36,257 nt of DNA from Intoshia linei (Eukaryota > Animalia > Orthonectida): the NCBI GenBank assembly GCA_001642005.1, contig LWCA01000257.1, forward strand, positions 1 to 36,257, read 5' to 3'. How positions within the stretch are numbered: position 1 is the stretch's first letter; each line of letters starts with the position of its first letter. This document shows positions 12,201 to 25,172 of this stretch, piece after piece. The notes below the pieces were generated by a model. It was not told the origin of the DNA. It did no database searches and worked only from the letters and a program-made list of their open reading frames with translations. Made by a program: the position numbers and the translations under genes.

Positions 12201-15200
12201 AAAACCTTATAGAGAAAATTCCAGTTTTACCAACCTTTAAGGGAAAAATCCAGTTTTACCAGCCCTAAAAGGAAATATTCAGTTTTAATAAACTTTTAGA
12301 AAAAATTCCAGTTTTACCAATCCTAAAAGGAAAAAATCGGTTTTAAAAATTCTTAAAGGAAAATTCTAGTTTTACAAACCCCTAAGGTCAAATCCCAATT
12401 TTGGAATTTTCTAAAATTTAGTTTTAAAACTGAATTTTTCCTTTTAGTGTTGGTAAATTTTGATTTTTAGTAAAAATGGTTGGGTTTAAGAATATTCTCA
12501 GAAAATAATATAAAAATTTAGTATAGACTTGAATAGTAAGGGATTTAAATTAACCTCAAACGTTAAAACTATTTAAACCAGCAGTGGCCAACCTATTGCG
12601 CATTGCGTCATTCGAGGTAGAGCATTGGAAATTTTGTTAATAAAAATGTAAATTGTGGAATAATTGAAAATAAAATTTTAAATTGTAAAAGTATTTTCTA
12701 TTAGTACAGTGTTAGTGGAGAAATAACCTGAACACTTTCCGAATCTACTCGAAAATCCGTTCACTTTATATCGGTTAATGTTAATTTAACAAGATAATCC
12801 TAATCATTGATGTACTGGCACTTTTATAATATCTATTCACTTAATAATTAAGTCCTAATTAATGAATAATTTATTATTTCTTGGAGAACATTATTATACT
12901 CTCAGTAACGCATTTAAATCCAAATATTGGCTAACTAGCAAGATGAAAACAATCCTAAAAGTCTCATTAATTAAGGACCACTACATAGTATATCCTAATA
13001 TTGTAAAAAAATTAAAATAAATTATATTTCCATACGTATACATTCTATTAGTAATCGGACGTTCACAAAAATTTTTAGCGCATCTAAGATCGCATGATAA
13101 AAATGTGGCTCTTGGTATGTCACAAAGTTGGCCACCTCTGATTTAAACTGACACAATTGAATTAATTTTTAATATATCTACTAACCATATTTGGAAAAAA
13201 GCTCCGTCAAATCTTTTTCTACCACAGAGTAGGATAAATTTCTAATAAAGAGTCTACCATTCTAAAATAATAGAAAAAAAATTAATACAATCCTTACATC
13301 AATTTTTAAACGCCGTAAAGCAGGGTTTCCCAAATTTTTTTATACGATTTTTCTAATTACGAAATTTCTAAAAACTTTGAAAATTTGTACTATAATTTGG
13401 ACCAAGGTTTATCACCCAAGGTTTGAAAGTTTTGTTGGGCACCGCAAAAAAAATTTGAGAATTTTGAATTTTTCGATGATTATAAACCATTATTGGTAAA
13501 AATGGTATATTAAATTTATTTTACACTACATTAAATGTTATGAACTACGTAAAAACAGCACCTAGCTTTGCCAAAGCGGGATTTTTTAATTTTACGTAAA
13601 AAAATAAATTCAATAAAAAAATCTAACTTAAAAATGCCACTATTCACTATTATCATCCTTTCAAGCAGTGGTTCCCAAACTTTTAAAAACTGTATTGTCT
13701 ATAAAATATTGTAAACAAAATTAAACCTGATCAATCAAACTTTTATCCAAAACTGGATAATTCTAAAAATTATTACAATTAAAAAAATAAAATACAACCT
13801 TAAAATTGGGTACTTGATTTGTAGAACTTGTATCATTAATTTTATTAATAAAAACTTTGTTTTTATCTAAATTAAGATTAAACAATTAAAACACTATATA
13901 TATAACCTATATAAGTTTTATTTCTTTTAATAGCAACATTGACAGAATTTTCATCCGAAAATGTAATTATGGCCATATCTATGAAAAAATTAAAAAATGA
14001 TGAAAAATCATTACGTTTCATGGGTAGCATAGAGATGTTGACAATTTTTAAAGGCGCAAAAAACATTGAAATTTGATTCTGAATTAGATAATTTATAAAA
14101 TATTTCTAAATTATATAAAATTACCTTTGTCGTTCCAAAAGATAAACCTTTGATGGATACACGAAAATTTTGAATTTTTTTTGTCTACATCAAAAAATTC
14201 ATAATCACATAAAATAATTTTAAAAAATACATTATATCAGTGACTTTCAACCTAACATTACTTTTTATAGTTAAAAAAATGATGACACGTCCATGAAAAG
14301 GTTAATAATTACTGACTACATGAACATTTTAACTCTACCTCCTTTATTCCCATTACTCCAATATCACCTACATTTGATTTAAGGAACTATAAATATCGGA
14401 ATAAATTTTATATTAAAATTATAAAATACGTCTTCATCGTCGCTAATTTCTTTGTCCAATTCGACTTTATAATTTATTTTGTCACGTTCAGATTTTTTTC
14501 TATTGTTTTTTAAACATTCTTGATCAATCTAAAATAAGTTGCATAATATTGGTTACCTAAGTTGACTATATCTGAATAAAAATTACATTAGCAAGTATGT
14601 TGGGTTTTTTTGACGTTGTTGAATTCTAAATTGACAGTATATAAAATAATAACATAAATTTTAACTACTGAAACTAATTTTTTAATAATGTCTTGATGAT
14701 TATTTTTATATTCAGTACTGTCTTTGCTGTATTTACTCCATGATTGTGGTTTAATTTTTGAGCCAATTGGGAATGCTTCTTGGATCTATTGAATTAAATA
14801 CAATACATTATATAATTTATGAAAAGAAAAATAAAAAAAATCTAACAAAAGGTAAAAGTCAAAATGATTGCAACAAATGAAATGCTTTGAAATGTACATT
14901 GTACAACCCCGTTTCCCCCAAAATTTTCCCGATCTTTGAAAAAATTAGAGATAACACGGACACAGCCAACAAAAATCATGCTTATCAATGAAAATTCAAA
15001 TCATTGAACACCAGTCAAATTTAAAAATATAAAAGTATGAAATGTATACATTAATTTTAGAGGTATGAATAAAAGTATTGTGTAATTGAGATACAGCTGA
15101 ATGACAAGAGTTGTCATCTTTATAACCAATAAATGCAAATTTTCTGAAAACGCCTTCGTGTGTATATTTTAATTTACATTCTGTAATATGGCCGTATTTG

Positions 15201-15321
15201 GAAAATATTTTCTGTAATTCATTTTGTTTTATCTAAAAAATTTATAGTTGATTGATCATTTAATGTCGTTTTGATTTTATATTACATTTTTTGGTAAATT
15301 TTTTACAATTAAACGTGTCAT
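6252..15321 (-). CDS. RBM19: RNA-binding protein 19 / Mrd1 (six-RRM pre-rRNA processing factor), about 804 aa
   Basis: 25 in-phase exons: 15321-15286, 15232-15050, 14785-14669, 14625-14587, 14528-14430, 14386-14339, 14184-14125, 14078-14015, 13978-13907, 13866-13799, 13762-13727, 13261-13186, 11783-11679, 11641-11616, 11579-11504, 11469-11427, 11380-11284, 11247-11134, 11096-10893, 10855-10655, 10615-10407, 9112-8978, 8939-8840, 7799-7661, 6319-6252. Diagnostic motifs: MTRLIVKNLP, FRKFAFIGY, SWSKYS, GRLFIRNLSY, SWNSLFLG, AVRVALAETQLV, PLYLEWAP, LSMGYGFVEF, VRNVPFEA, STHLYGRRLVIEW. The last exon is the least certain. Confidence 0.93.
6827..7238. mobile_element. hAT-like non-autonomous element (degenerate)
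   Basis: Left end CAGGGGTCGACAACC, right end GGTTCACCACCCTG. The first ~125 bp are homologous to 9154-9325. TSD not intact. Confidence 0.6.
7317..7582. mobile_element. piggyBac-type MITE
   Basis: TTAA|CCCTTTCACAGTCT ... AAACAGTGAAAGGG|TTAA. Same TIR family as 28020-28233. Confidence 0.8.
7850..8480. repeat. Inverted arrays of phased (T)GTCAGT / ACTGAC(A) motifs with an internal hairpin; probable non-autonomous TIR element
   Basis: Motif variants at 7852, 7872, 7893, 7915, 7937, 7959, 7980 (forward) and 8311, 8331, 8352, 8372, 8392, 8448, 8471 (reverse). Hairpin 8219-8256 with an 18-bp stem and one mismatch. Confidence 0.6.
9154..10116. mobile_element. hAT-like element (degenerate), sister of 6827-7238
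   Basis: Left end CAGGAGTCGGCAACCACTGGCCCGCG, with a shared arm to ~9325. The right boundary is uncertain (degenerate end-like sequence near 10084-10116). Confidence 0.5.
11993..12520. mobile_element. Foldback-type element with ~61-bp perfect TIRs and an internal 29-bp tandem array
   Basis: 11993-12053 is the reverse complement of 12460-12520. About 12 units of consensus TTTTACCAACCCTTAAGGGAAAATTCCAG. Flanks ATAGAATTG (11984-11992) and ATAGACTTG (12523-12531) resemble a 9-bp TSD. Confidence 0.8.
12579..13140. mobile_element. hAT MITE
   Basis: ATTTAAAC|CAGCAGTGGCCAAC ... GTTGGCCACCTCTG|ATTTAAAC: 14-bp imperfect TIR and a perfect 8-bp TSD. Confidence 0.88.
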
Positions 15322-15523
15322 TATTTCATAAATTTAAATTTTAATTTTTTAAACTGATTTTTAATATATTAGCGATAATACGTTTATTTCTATGAATACA
15401 ATTATATTTTATAATAAAGTATACTGTTTAATTTATTTTAGCGCACTTTTATTATATTTTATAACAGGTAATATAATTCATTTTTATTTATATATCAACC
15501 ATTGCATGTATTGCATTTTTTGA
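15322..15523. promoter_or_regulatory. Probable bidirectional promoter between RBM19 and the small acidic gene
   Basis: Divergent ATGs at 15321 (-) and 15524 (+) are only 202 bp apart. No specific promoter motif identified. Confidence 0.45.
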
Positions 15524-18190
15524 ATGAGCAGTGTTAAAAATTCAGCTTCCTTCAATTTAGGTATATTTTAAATTATTTATATTGCATAGTCTAGATTAGG
15601 AATTGTAACTAATTGATTGCAATTTCTATTAAGATAATTGAATTAAATTTATTTATTTTTTTCAAAATTAAAAATTGGAATATTTTGAAAAGTCAATAGT
15701 AGGGTTTATCAAATTAATTAACAATTAATAAAATCAATCAACTCATTTCATTATATATATTGTAAATATCATATATATCTACAGGGGTATCCAAAATTAG
15801 ATTGCACAAAAGTTACAATTGATTCAGAATACATGTATACATTGTATACTCAAAATTTTTTCAATCAACTGGAAAAAACTAATTAGTTTTTATTATCAAA
15901 TATTTAAAAAAGAAATATTATTAAAGTAGTAGAGGCCCTATTATAGGGTGTCATATTTTTTAAAAATTCTTAGAATTTAAAAGGCGGAGCAAGGTAGGTT
16001 AGGTGTATTTTTGAAAAAACATTTCGATTACTAATATGATTGTCAGAGATTGATACAGTAACGACGTTGCGTTGATCAATTAACTAATTAACAAAAAATA
16101 TCTAAATGTACGTTATTTTCGTATTTTTATATACAAAAATTTAAACTCCTGCTTTGTTTGTAGAGAAAAATTAAAAATATTGGTATATTTGAATAAATCG
16201 TGTCGAGCTGCATAATTTACAATGGATGTCTACTTAAATACAACCATTTTTACTAAAAATTAAAATTTACCAACACTAACAGGAAAAATTCAATTTTAAC
16301 AACCTTTAAAGGAAAAAAGGTTGGTAAAAGTAGATTTTTCTGTTAAAAGTTGGTAAAAGTGAGTTTTCCCATAAGCGTTTGGAAAAGTGGATTTTTCCCT
16401 TAAGGGTTAGTAAAACTTGATTTAATTATTAAAGGTCGGTAAAAGTGGATTATTCCCTTAAGGGTTGGTAAAAGTGGGATTTTTTTCTTAGGGGTTTGTA
16501 GAAGTGGATTTTTAGTAAAAATGGTTGGGTTTAAGAATATTTTCATTTACAATTAACGTTATTCTATAATTTATTTTCGTAATATAATACGAAAAAAATT
16601 TTTTTTACATCTTTTTAAAATTTGGAATTGTTTTAATTATTATAATGTTATAATAATTATTAATGAATACCGAACATATTTTAATGAGACTCTTCTTCGG
16701 GTCTCAAAATTTTTGTAAAGTGGTGACTTCATTTTTTTTAAAATGAAAAAACATATTTTTGAATATTAACTATTTTGAGTATTTAATTGAAAATATCAAA
16801 TCAAACTCTTGGATAGGTGTCTAGGGCAGCGGTTCCCAACATACTTCACAGATGGTACCCCTAAACAGAAAAAAAATAATTTGGTACCCCATAATAATGT
16901 AAGATTAGTATAACTATGACACCATGTCAATTAAAAAAAAATTTTTAGAAATTTAAAATTGTTAAAACTCTACTTGACCGAAAATGGATATCTGAAAAAT
17001 CTTTAATGATTAAACTGACGAAATAGGGACGTACATATATTTAATATGTAACCTTAAAATCGCAGAGACTATCAAATAGACGTAAATACATAAGGAACTA
17101 AGTATATTACTACAAATTAATTTTTATTTGTGATTATTTTTGGGAATTTAAAAAAATCTATAATTTATGAGTCATAGTATCAGACGAGCTGGTACCCCAA
17201 AATAATTTCTGGTACCCATTAGGGGTCCGATTACCCCAGATGAGAACCGCTGGTTTAGGGCCATATGACACTAAGCATCATTTTGGAAAAAATTTTTGGT
17301 CTATTTTTAATTTTCGGTGGCATCGAGCTTGGTAGGTTCAGTTCAGTGTATAATAATAATTATAGTTATTTTCGTCACATCCCTAATTTTACCCTTTGTT
17401 AACAAATATTATTCTTTTTTTCTTAAAGTCTGACTAGTTTGGTATTCCATTTTATCAATATTTTTAGATGATGAGGAAACGAAATCTCAAGGTTCGAATC
17501 AGAGTTCTTTATCATTTAACGAAGATGAGTTTGATACTATGAAAATTGAAAAAAATGATTGTATAAAAGAAACTGACATAGAAATAACGGAAGAAAATGT
17601 TTTGGATAGTATAAAAAATGAAATCAATAAAATTATGTAACTTTTAATTTTACAATGCAATTACAGTAGGACTTGTAGATAAGAAACATGTATGATAATT
17701 TACACATGATACATTTCAAAAATAATTTTATTTTATAATTATCATGCATTATTGTTAACCTAATTAAAATTAAACTTAGACATACATATTTTTTTACCTC
17801 AATTTGATTTTTGATGTTTATACGGGCTGGCCAATTTTTACAAAAATTTAAAAATAAATAATCTAATATATAATAAATGCGTATTTACTCAAACGACCAC
17901 CAAAATTATTTTGGGGTCACTGGTTTTCGACCCTTCGATAAACCAATATGTCAATATTATATTATAGGAATAATTTTTAATTATCTCGTAACCCAATTTG
18001 AGAACGTTTAATTCTAGGTATGTAAAAATATTAACATGTAAATACATGTATTTTCTGTCTTAGAGTAGAATGTTTCCTATCTACGGTGTTACCTATTGAC
18101 TGGTGCACTGTAATATAATAAATTATTAGATCTATAGTGAATCAATCGAAACGAAACATTGAAGCTTTAAAAGATAATTTCAACAAATAA
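15524..18190 (+). CDS. Small acidic, coiled-coil-like hypothetical protein (about 88 aa)
   Basis: Exons 15524-15560, 17468-17636 and 18130-18190 splice in phase to MSSVKNSASFNLDDEETKSQGSNQSSLSFNEDEFDTMKIEKNDCIKETDIEITEENVLDSIKNEINKIISIVNQSKRNIEALKDNFNK*. A possible extra micro-exon starts at 18064. No recognisable family. Confidence 0.55.
16241..16545. mobile_element. Second copy of the 29-bp-array foldback element
   Basis: Same CAACCATTTTTACTAAAAAT / ATTTTTAGTAAAAATGGTTGGGTTTAAGAATATT ends as 11993-12520. About 2 forward and about 7 reverse array units. Confidence 0.8.
16827..17252. mobile_element. hAT MITE
   Basis: GTCTAGGG|CAGCGGTTCCCA ... TGAGAACCGCTG|GTTTAGGG: 8-bp TSD with 1 mismatch and repeated subterminal GGTACCC motifs. 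Confidence 0.85.
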
Positions 18191-18456
18191 ATTAGCCTAA
18201 TCATAATATTCAATCGATATTACTACAGAAATGATATTCACTGTGTATTTATGTAGTTTTTTTTTGTTGTAAACCTTATGTAAAATTATTCATCAATAAA
18301 TTTTAGTAGACGTTTCAATATATTTTATACAATTTAACTATTTCAATTTCCATAATTTACATTTATTGAAATTTAACAAAAATATTATACAAATGATACA
18401 GATTGGATATCCAAAGATTTTCTAAAATAAAGTTTCAATTATTTACATTGGGATTT

Positions 18457-21400
18457 ATGAGTCTATCGGCTTTAACTTTTACAATTAAGAGTAGCAATCT
18501 GTTTTATGACAAGTAATTAATTTGTATGTATGTGTATTTAAATATTTATTTTAGAAATTTAACATTATCTCAACTGCTATGTTCAGATAAAGATATTAAA
18601 GTAATAAATGCCTTAAAAATTATTATTCAGGTTTGTATAAATTTTATAATTATAAAAATAATGATTATATAATTTAATTGGACCTATTTAATTTCTCTTG
18701 AGAAATGATGGGTTCACTAAATGAGAGTTTTCCAAAGTTTTTTTAGCTCAAACTTAAATTCTCATTTCTAAGAAACATTACCAAAATATTATACTTCATT
18801 ATGTTTTTTGTGGACCTGCATTTTGGAATAGCTGAACTGCACCAACTAAATTTTTTTTGGAAAAGCATCATTACCTACCTTAAACCTTTTTTATTTTTTT
18901 TGTTGCTAATAGTGATTTTTAGTTAATATCAAAAGGAAATGATGCAACTAGTTATTTTGCAAATGTTGTCAAGAATGTTGCTTCGAAAAACGATGAAGTA
19001 TACATATTATCAAAGCTGAATCTACCAAGCTCGAATCCACCTGGAAATGAAAAATGGGCCCTTAAAAATATTTTCAAACGATGTGTAGTGTAATATTGCC
19101 ATATCCAACTCTTCAAGGCTATTTCTTGACAATTTAAATTTAACTCACTTGGTTGGGCAGTGCATAATATATTCTAATTTAAAATAATTAAAAAAAATTA
19201 GATTAGAAAGTTGGTTTACGCATATTTAGCTCGTTATGCTAGTGAAAACAAAGATTTAGCATTATTATCAATTTCATCATTTCAAAAAATGTTGATGGTT
19301 TATTTTTTTTAAATTATTATTAATAGTTGTTATACAATGTTTATTAAGGTGTCTCCAAAAAAATGAAAAATTATATTTTTGAACATCTTTAGATATAATA
19401 GTGATCAAGTATAAAAAAATGATATTTCCAAAATATTAATGCATTTCAACGAATATTAAAGATAACCTGACCATTTAAAGTTTTCTATATATAAATTTTA
19501 TCCAATGTATTTTAATATACTGAATCACTATTAGAGTTACATGTAACTAAGTCTATAGGTGACTATTTCACTAGGTGGTATGCTGTCGAATAAAAATTTT
19601 CTTTTCAACAAAATATTATTTGAAGATTTTAAAATTACGGTTAATTTGATGATAATAAAATTTTGGTTGAAAAAATTTCTAATACTGTTTGAAAACACAC
19701 TTTAATTAAAATTTTGGATTTATTTTGCTATCATAAAGCACTGAATTTTCTCAAAATTTTTATAAAAAACAACTTTATCAAAATCAACCGCCTAAATTAT
19801 CTCAAGTTTTTCGAATCCATAATTTCTTTTGTATTATATTTTGTCTGTATTTAAATAAGGAATGTATAAAAGTCACCACATGTTCCTATTATAGTATATT
19901 TATAAACCTCAAATTAAATAATGATTATGACAACTCCTATTAAATGTTATTTTTACTGCGTCTTTTTTATTGCGGTCTCTTGAATGAAAAAGGTTATGCA
20001 CCATTGTTTTATTAGTTAATCATTTTAGCATGAAAATCAACTGTTTCGGGGATCTGCATTACGTGTATTAAACAGTATTAGTATAAGAATGATTGTTCCA
20101 CTAATGTCTGCAGCTTTAATAGAAAAAAGCAGGGATTTGTCTCCATATGTTAGAAAAATTGTATGCAATTCTTTACCATCGCTTGTTAGGTATTGGTTTA
20201 TGAAACGTTAATTATTTTTAGTATGGATCCTGGTCAAGTTGATGTTGCTGTTGAAATTATAGAAAGGCTTCTCGGTGATAAAAGCAGTGTATCAAATTAA
20301 AAATTTTGTTAAAAATATAATATAAATTAAGATGGTAATTGGAAGTGCATTTTATGCTTTCGAAATTGTTTGTCCAGACAATTTACAAATGTTACATGGC
20401 CAGTTTCGTAAAATTTGTAAAAAACTTTTAAATGTTGATGAGTGGTCTCAAGTTTTCATTATTCTTATCATGAAACGATACATTCGGAAATTTTTCAATA
20501 ACCCAGTAATATTATATTTTATTGTTTTAAATTTTTCAATAGTTCATTCAAAATAATAATTTACCAGAAGATGATGTTTATGGTTATGAAAATTTCAAGG
20601 AGGATACTAATGTTGATCCAGATCATATGATGTTTCTTGTAGTTTGTAAATCCTTACTTATGAGTTTGAATAGTTCTGTAATATTTTATTTATTAGTAGT
20701 TTTATTTTTGATTTGACAGGTTAAAATTGCTGTGATTCAAATGTATTTGTCTTGTGGGACGCAGTCATATATTAAAATGGCTATAATTTCTCTTTTCAAT
20801 ATGCTCCAATTTGAAACGTTATTAATTTTATTGTTAATATAAATATATATCAGTGGTTCCCAACAGTTAATTGAACACTTGGTGTTTTTGATTCGGTTTA
20901 GTATTCAACTGTGTCCGTGCTATATGAATTTTTAATTTTCGAAAAAATGCTAAATTTGAAAACTAAAATAAATACATCTTATTTCAAAAATAGATAGACC
21001 GCAAAGTTTGGTTTTTTTGGTATTAATTTGTAAATTAAATTTTAATTAAATTATATTAAATATTTTTGATAGAATTAAAAATCTCCGATTTCGGCAGCGC
21101 CTGGTACTGTTTGTACGAAGTACATAACTGTCAAGCTAGCAGCTCCAATTTTTGTATTTGTTTAAATTTTAATTTAGAGGCGACAAGAATGTTGTTTTGT
21201 ATTATATTTTAAAAGTTATAAAACATCCCTTTTTAATTAATCATTCGGTATTTTTAATTAACATTTAAATTTACTAATTATTTGTTTTAGGAAATTTTTA
21301 TGGAATATGTAAAGTATATTTTTGTGGACGATTTTGATAATTTAACGTTGAAAAAGCTGAAAGTAACTTAATATGATTAGATATACATTTAAAATGTATA

Positions 21401-24400
21401 AAAGGGTAGAAAGTAATGTGTGTGATTTTCTGGGAATTCAAAAAAGTAATAATTTATCGAATACACAAAAATGACGGGAAAAAAATTATTTTATATTAAT
21501 ATAATTTATATTATCATTTTCAAATTTAAAAAGCTCATTAATTATTTCCAAGTTTATTCTCTAGGTGGGTTTTAGGTTTATATTCAAAATTCATTATTTT
21601 CCAAAAAAAGTAGACTAGTGTTTCCTTTTTTGAAGGTATAACTTTGTGGGATTGAAGTTTTTGTTTATGTTATATGGAAATAACCATTGAATGTGTTTTT
21701 TTAAATTTTAGGACTACATTAGGTTTTGCTCATGAAGATGCAAGTTTTTGAGGTTGCAATTTACAATAATGCTCATCAACTGCTTAGAATTTCTGTGTTT
21801 TAAAATTATAAGAATTTTTTCATTTTTAACATAAGAGTAGTTAGGGTTTTGGATATGAAGGTGCCAATTTTTTATTTTTGAAATTTATGGGACCCAGTTT
21901 TCTAAATAAATGGTTACACACTAAAGTTCGTCTTCGGATCATGTTGCAGAACTCTATTATACACTGACAGACATATTTTTAACAACTTTTACTTTATATG
22001 CTTTAATTAATTAACATTAAGCATTTTTATATTTTATTATGATAGTTGGATGTTATGTACAACATTTCAAATAAATCGAACGTAAATTTGATTTTACCAG
22101 AATTGGAGGTTTTTTTATTTTGTTTTTATATTTTCATTCTGATTTGTTTATTTCAGTATTATACAAAAGGTCACGATGTAATTTTTTCAAAATTTGCAAT
22201 CAAGTGCATTGGGAAACTGGCTTTTAAAATTGATGGCATTTCTGATTTATGTCTCTGCATTTTAGAAAACTTGTTATCTTCATCCAGTGGTATGGGTTTT
22301 ATAAATATTGTACATTTAAATTACAATAATACAATTGCTTGAGTTTTCATTTCTATTATCCAATGTAAATTTTTTTTGTGGTAGATTCGCCTTTGAGATA
22401 ATTATTTCTGTATAATTTCAATTTAGATATTATTATTGGTGAAGCTGTGATTGTAATTCAAAATTTGATTAAACAAGATGTAATTTATATCTTTGTTTTA
22501 TTTAAAAAAAATTAGCCTAGAAAACATAAAGACACGATAAAACTATTGGCTAGAATGGTATTAACTATTAAATGCGATGAAGCAAAAGCCAACATTTTAT
22601 GGTTAATTGGAAATAATTTGAGATGTGTTAAAAAGTTTGCTCCAGACATTTTACGACAATGTGTAATCAGTTTTATGTCACAGGTAATATTTTATCAGTT
22701 TTAAACGTATTTCCCAAATTGATGATGAAACATTTATACTTACTTTTTGTTAATGTTATTGTTTTTTTAATTAATTTTACAGAATATTTTAAACTTTATT
22801 TAAAAATAAATTTACTGACTTTTCATTGGTGCGGTTCTGATTCTCAGTCTATTAATCTTTTTCAGTATTAAATATGGTCCATGGTAAAACATTAGGGAAG
22901 CCTTAGAAAATTTATTTCGATTATTAATTTAATTATAGGCTGACATAGTAAAACAGCAAATTGTTACTTTGGGAGTTAAGTTGTACCTTATTTATCCGAA
23001 ACATACTACAGGATTATGCAAATATTTGATGGAACTAGCAAAATATGATAAATCATTTTACCTTAGAGATAGAGTTCGAACATTGACAGTTTTGTTGAAG
23101 CAGACACAAGGAAAAGATGATAAAAGAAACATTTTTAGTGAAAATGTTAAGGACATTTTATGTCAAGTAGTAGGTTTTGTTAAAAAACCTGTAATAATTG
23201 ATGATGCTTATGAAAACAGTAATTTTATTTTTAATTATTATAATGATAATCTTACATAAAAATGATACTATTCACTATTCCAATCATTAAGGAAGTGGTT
23301 CTCAAAGTTTTTTCACCGTGTACCCGTTGTTTCACATTAACTTTTAATTTTATTTTGTTTACATTTGTGTAAAGAATTTTAAAAACAGTTTTGTGATTCC
23401 AATTTTTTAATTTATTAGACAGAATGTTTGTATAATCTTAAAAATAAAGTAAAAACAGTACAATTCTAAAAATTGTCATAAATAACTTAAATTCTAGAAA
23501 AAATAAAATTGTAAATAAACGGTATTTTATTTTTTAATATTGTGATGGTACATTATGATGTATGTAATACATTCTATGTATTCATTATCTGCTTTCGATA
23601 AAAAAATATTTTTTTTAATAATATAGTTACCAAATATGAAAAAATATATACCAAAATGTTTTTTTGATCTTAAAGGCTTTACTTTGTCACATTGAAATTT
23701 TTTGTGCGTGTTAACTAGAAATAACTCTATTAGGTACATGTAAAATTTTTTTTAAAATTATAGAACTATTTTCATTTTTAAAAAAAGGTAATATGGTGTT
23801 TATATCGTGAAAATACATTTTTGGTGGAGCGATTTATGATAATGTTTATGATTTTCAAAACTATCCAACAAATTCATGCTGTATAAAATTTTGCAACTTT
23901 TTCTTTTTAAAAAAAACGGGTATTTTGGGGTTATGACCGTTAAAATGTAAGTTTTTGAAATTGAAATGTATAACAATGCTAATCATTTTAAAATTTGTAT
24001 CAGAGTGTATATTTTTTAAATTGTAGTACTCGTTTGATTTTAAAAAAAAGATAATTGGGGTTTTTGACCGAAAAGAGGTAAGTTTCTGAGATTGACATTT
24101 ATTTTAATAACTGCCGGAAAAATCTGACGTGGTATTTTTGTTTGTTAAAATTTTATGACTTTTAGTTATTGCTAGAAACTGCATCACAGACAGACAGTTC
24201 GACATTCAAGTTTATATAAGTTAGGAATCCTGTAAATGTAAATGTTCAGTTCTCAAATGTGGATGGAACAAGCCTCTTCTAGGCTCAGATAATTTTAATA
24301 AATTTAATTTATTTTAAATAAAACAACTTTGTACCAGTGTTTTCAATATTTGCAAAGTAGAGGTATGAAAATTTTAAAGTTGGTTTTAAGGGTTTTATCT

Positions 24401-25172
24401 ATTTTTATGAATCGCAATTTAATAATCGGTTAAGAATTATTATTTTTAGTATTGTTTAAAAATTAAATGCAATTTTGACATTTTATTTTACAATCTTTTT
24501 TCGTACTCTAATAATTGTGTCTCGGTCCCATTTACTTTTTTTACTACAATTTTTATTTTGAATTATTAATATTTTATCATAGACTTTGAAATTGGAACAC
24601 TCAGTTGCTTTTTAAATAAAAGAGTTACAGGGTACAGAGAACTACCTGAATGGTCTCTTGCACCTATAGAATTAGGTATTAGGGATGTTGTGGATTCATC
24701 AGAAGGTTTCAACAATTCGACGACAATGTCTCTTGAAAATCTGGATAATGTCACGTCATTAGAATGTATTGAACCCATAGTTGAAGATAAACCAGGTACT
24801 TTACATATTTGATATATTTTACTCAATTTTTTAGATTCTGTTTATGCGTATACGAGTAGTTCCGTGTCATCTAATACAAACGATAAATCTGAATATGATA
24901 CTGGTTCTTATGTTGAAACGGAAAGTAGTCAGTCATCTGAAGATAGAACGCCGACCTCTTTACTTGAGAATAAGTTAATGACTCGAGACTTGAAAACCCC
25001 TAATTCAATGCAGTCAATTGAAACCGAATTACATACATCATTTTCTAATGCTTTGATGTACGATGAAAATAATAAACTTGAGAATAAACAAAGTACTCCT
25101 GAATTATTAGAATCTCGATTAGAGTCAAACACGTATGAAACATGCAGTACGTCGGAGTATGAAGAGCTGTAG
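18457..25172 (+). CDS. AP3B1: AP-3 adaptor complex beta subunit (beta-3 adaptin), about 775 aa, trunk + Ser/Glu hinge
   Basis: 18 in-phase exons: 18457-18512, 18555-18630, 18923-18997, 19202-19297, 20029-20189, 20222-20288, 20332-20505, 20543-20677, 20720-20817, 21178-21247, 21291-21362, 22046-22108, 22157-22289, 22427-22479, 22516-22683, 22939-23218, 24583-24795, 24835-25172. Beta-3 motifs: [105 protein letters not shown]. Ends in TAG TAA. Confidence 0.92.
23800..24225 (+). repeat. Degenerate interspersed repeat family, with related copies at about 4480-4805 and 1-620
   Basis: 24021-24070 TTGTAGTACTCGTTTGATTTTAAAAAAAAGATAATTGGGGTTTTTGACC aligns with 4641-4690 TTCTAGAACTGGTTTGAATTTAAAAAAAAGAACAATTAGGGTTTTGACC. 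Both copies end in CACAGACA...TTTATATAAGT. Class unresolved. Confidence 0.55.

Noticed and set aside
12050-12460. CRISPR-like array
   Set aside because: The units are contiguous degenerate 29-mers with no unique spacers, lie inside TIRs in a spliceosomal intron, and no cas genes are present.
13321-13685. Complete hAT MITE
   Set aside because: The two CAG-GGTT-CCCAAA-like ends face the same way and have no TSD, so they are solo ends. Other unpaired TE ends at about 4128, 14293, 14904, 15782, 20851, 23294 and 33800 were likewise not annotated.
24566-25132. Minus-strand ORFs of 86 and 67 aa
   Set aside because: Antisense shadows of AP3B exons.
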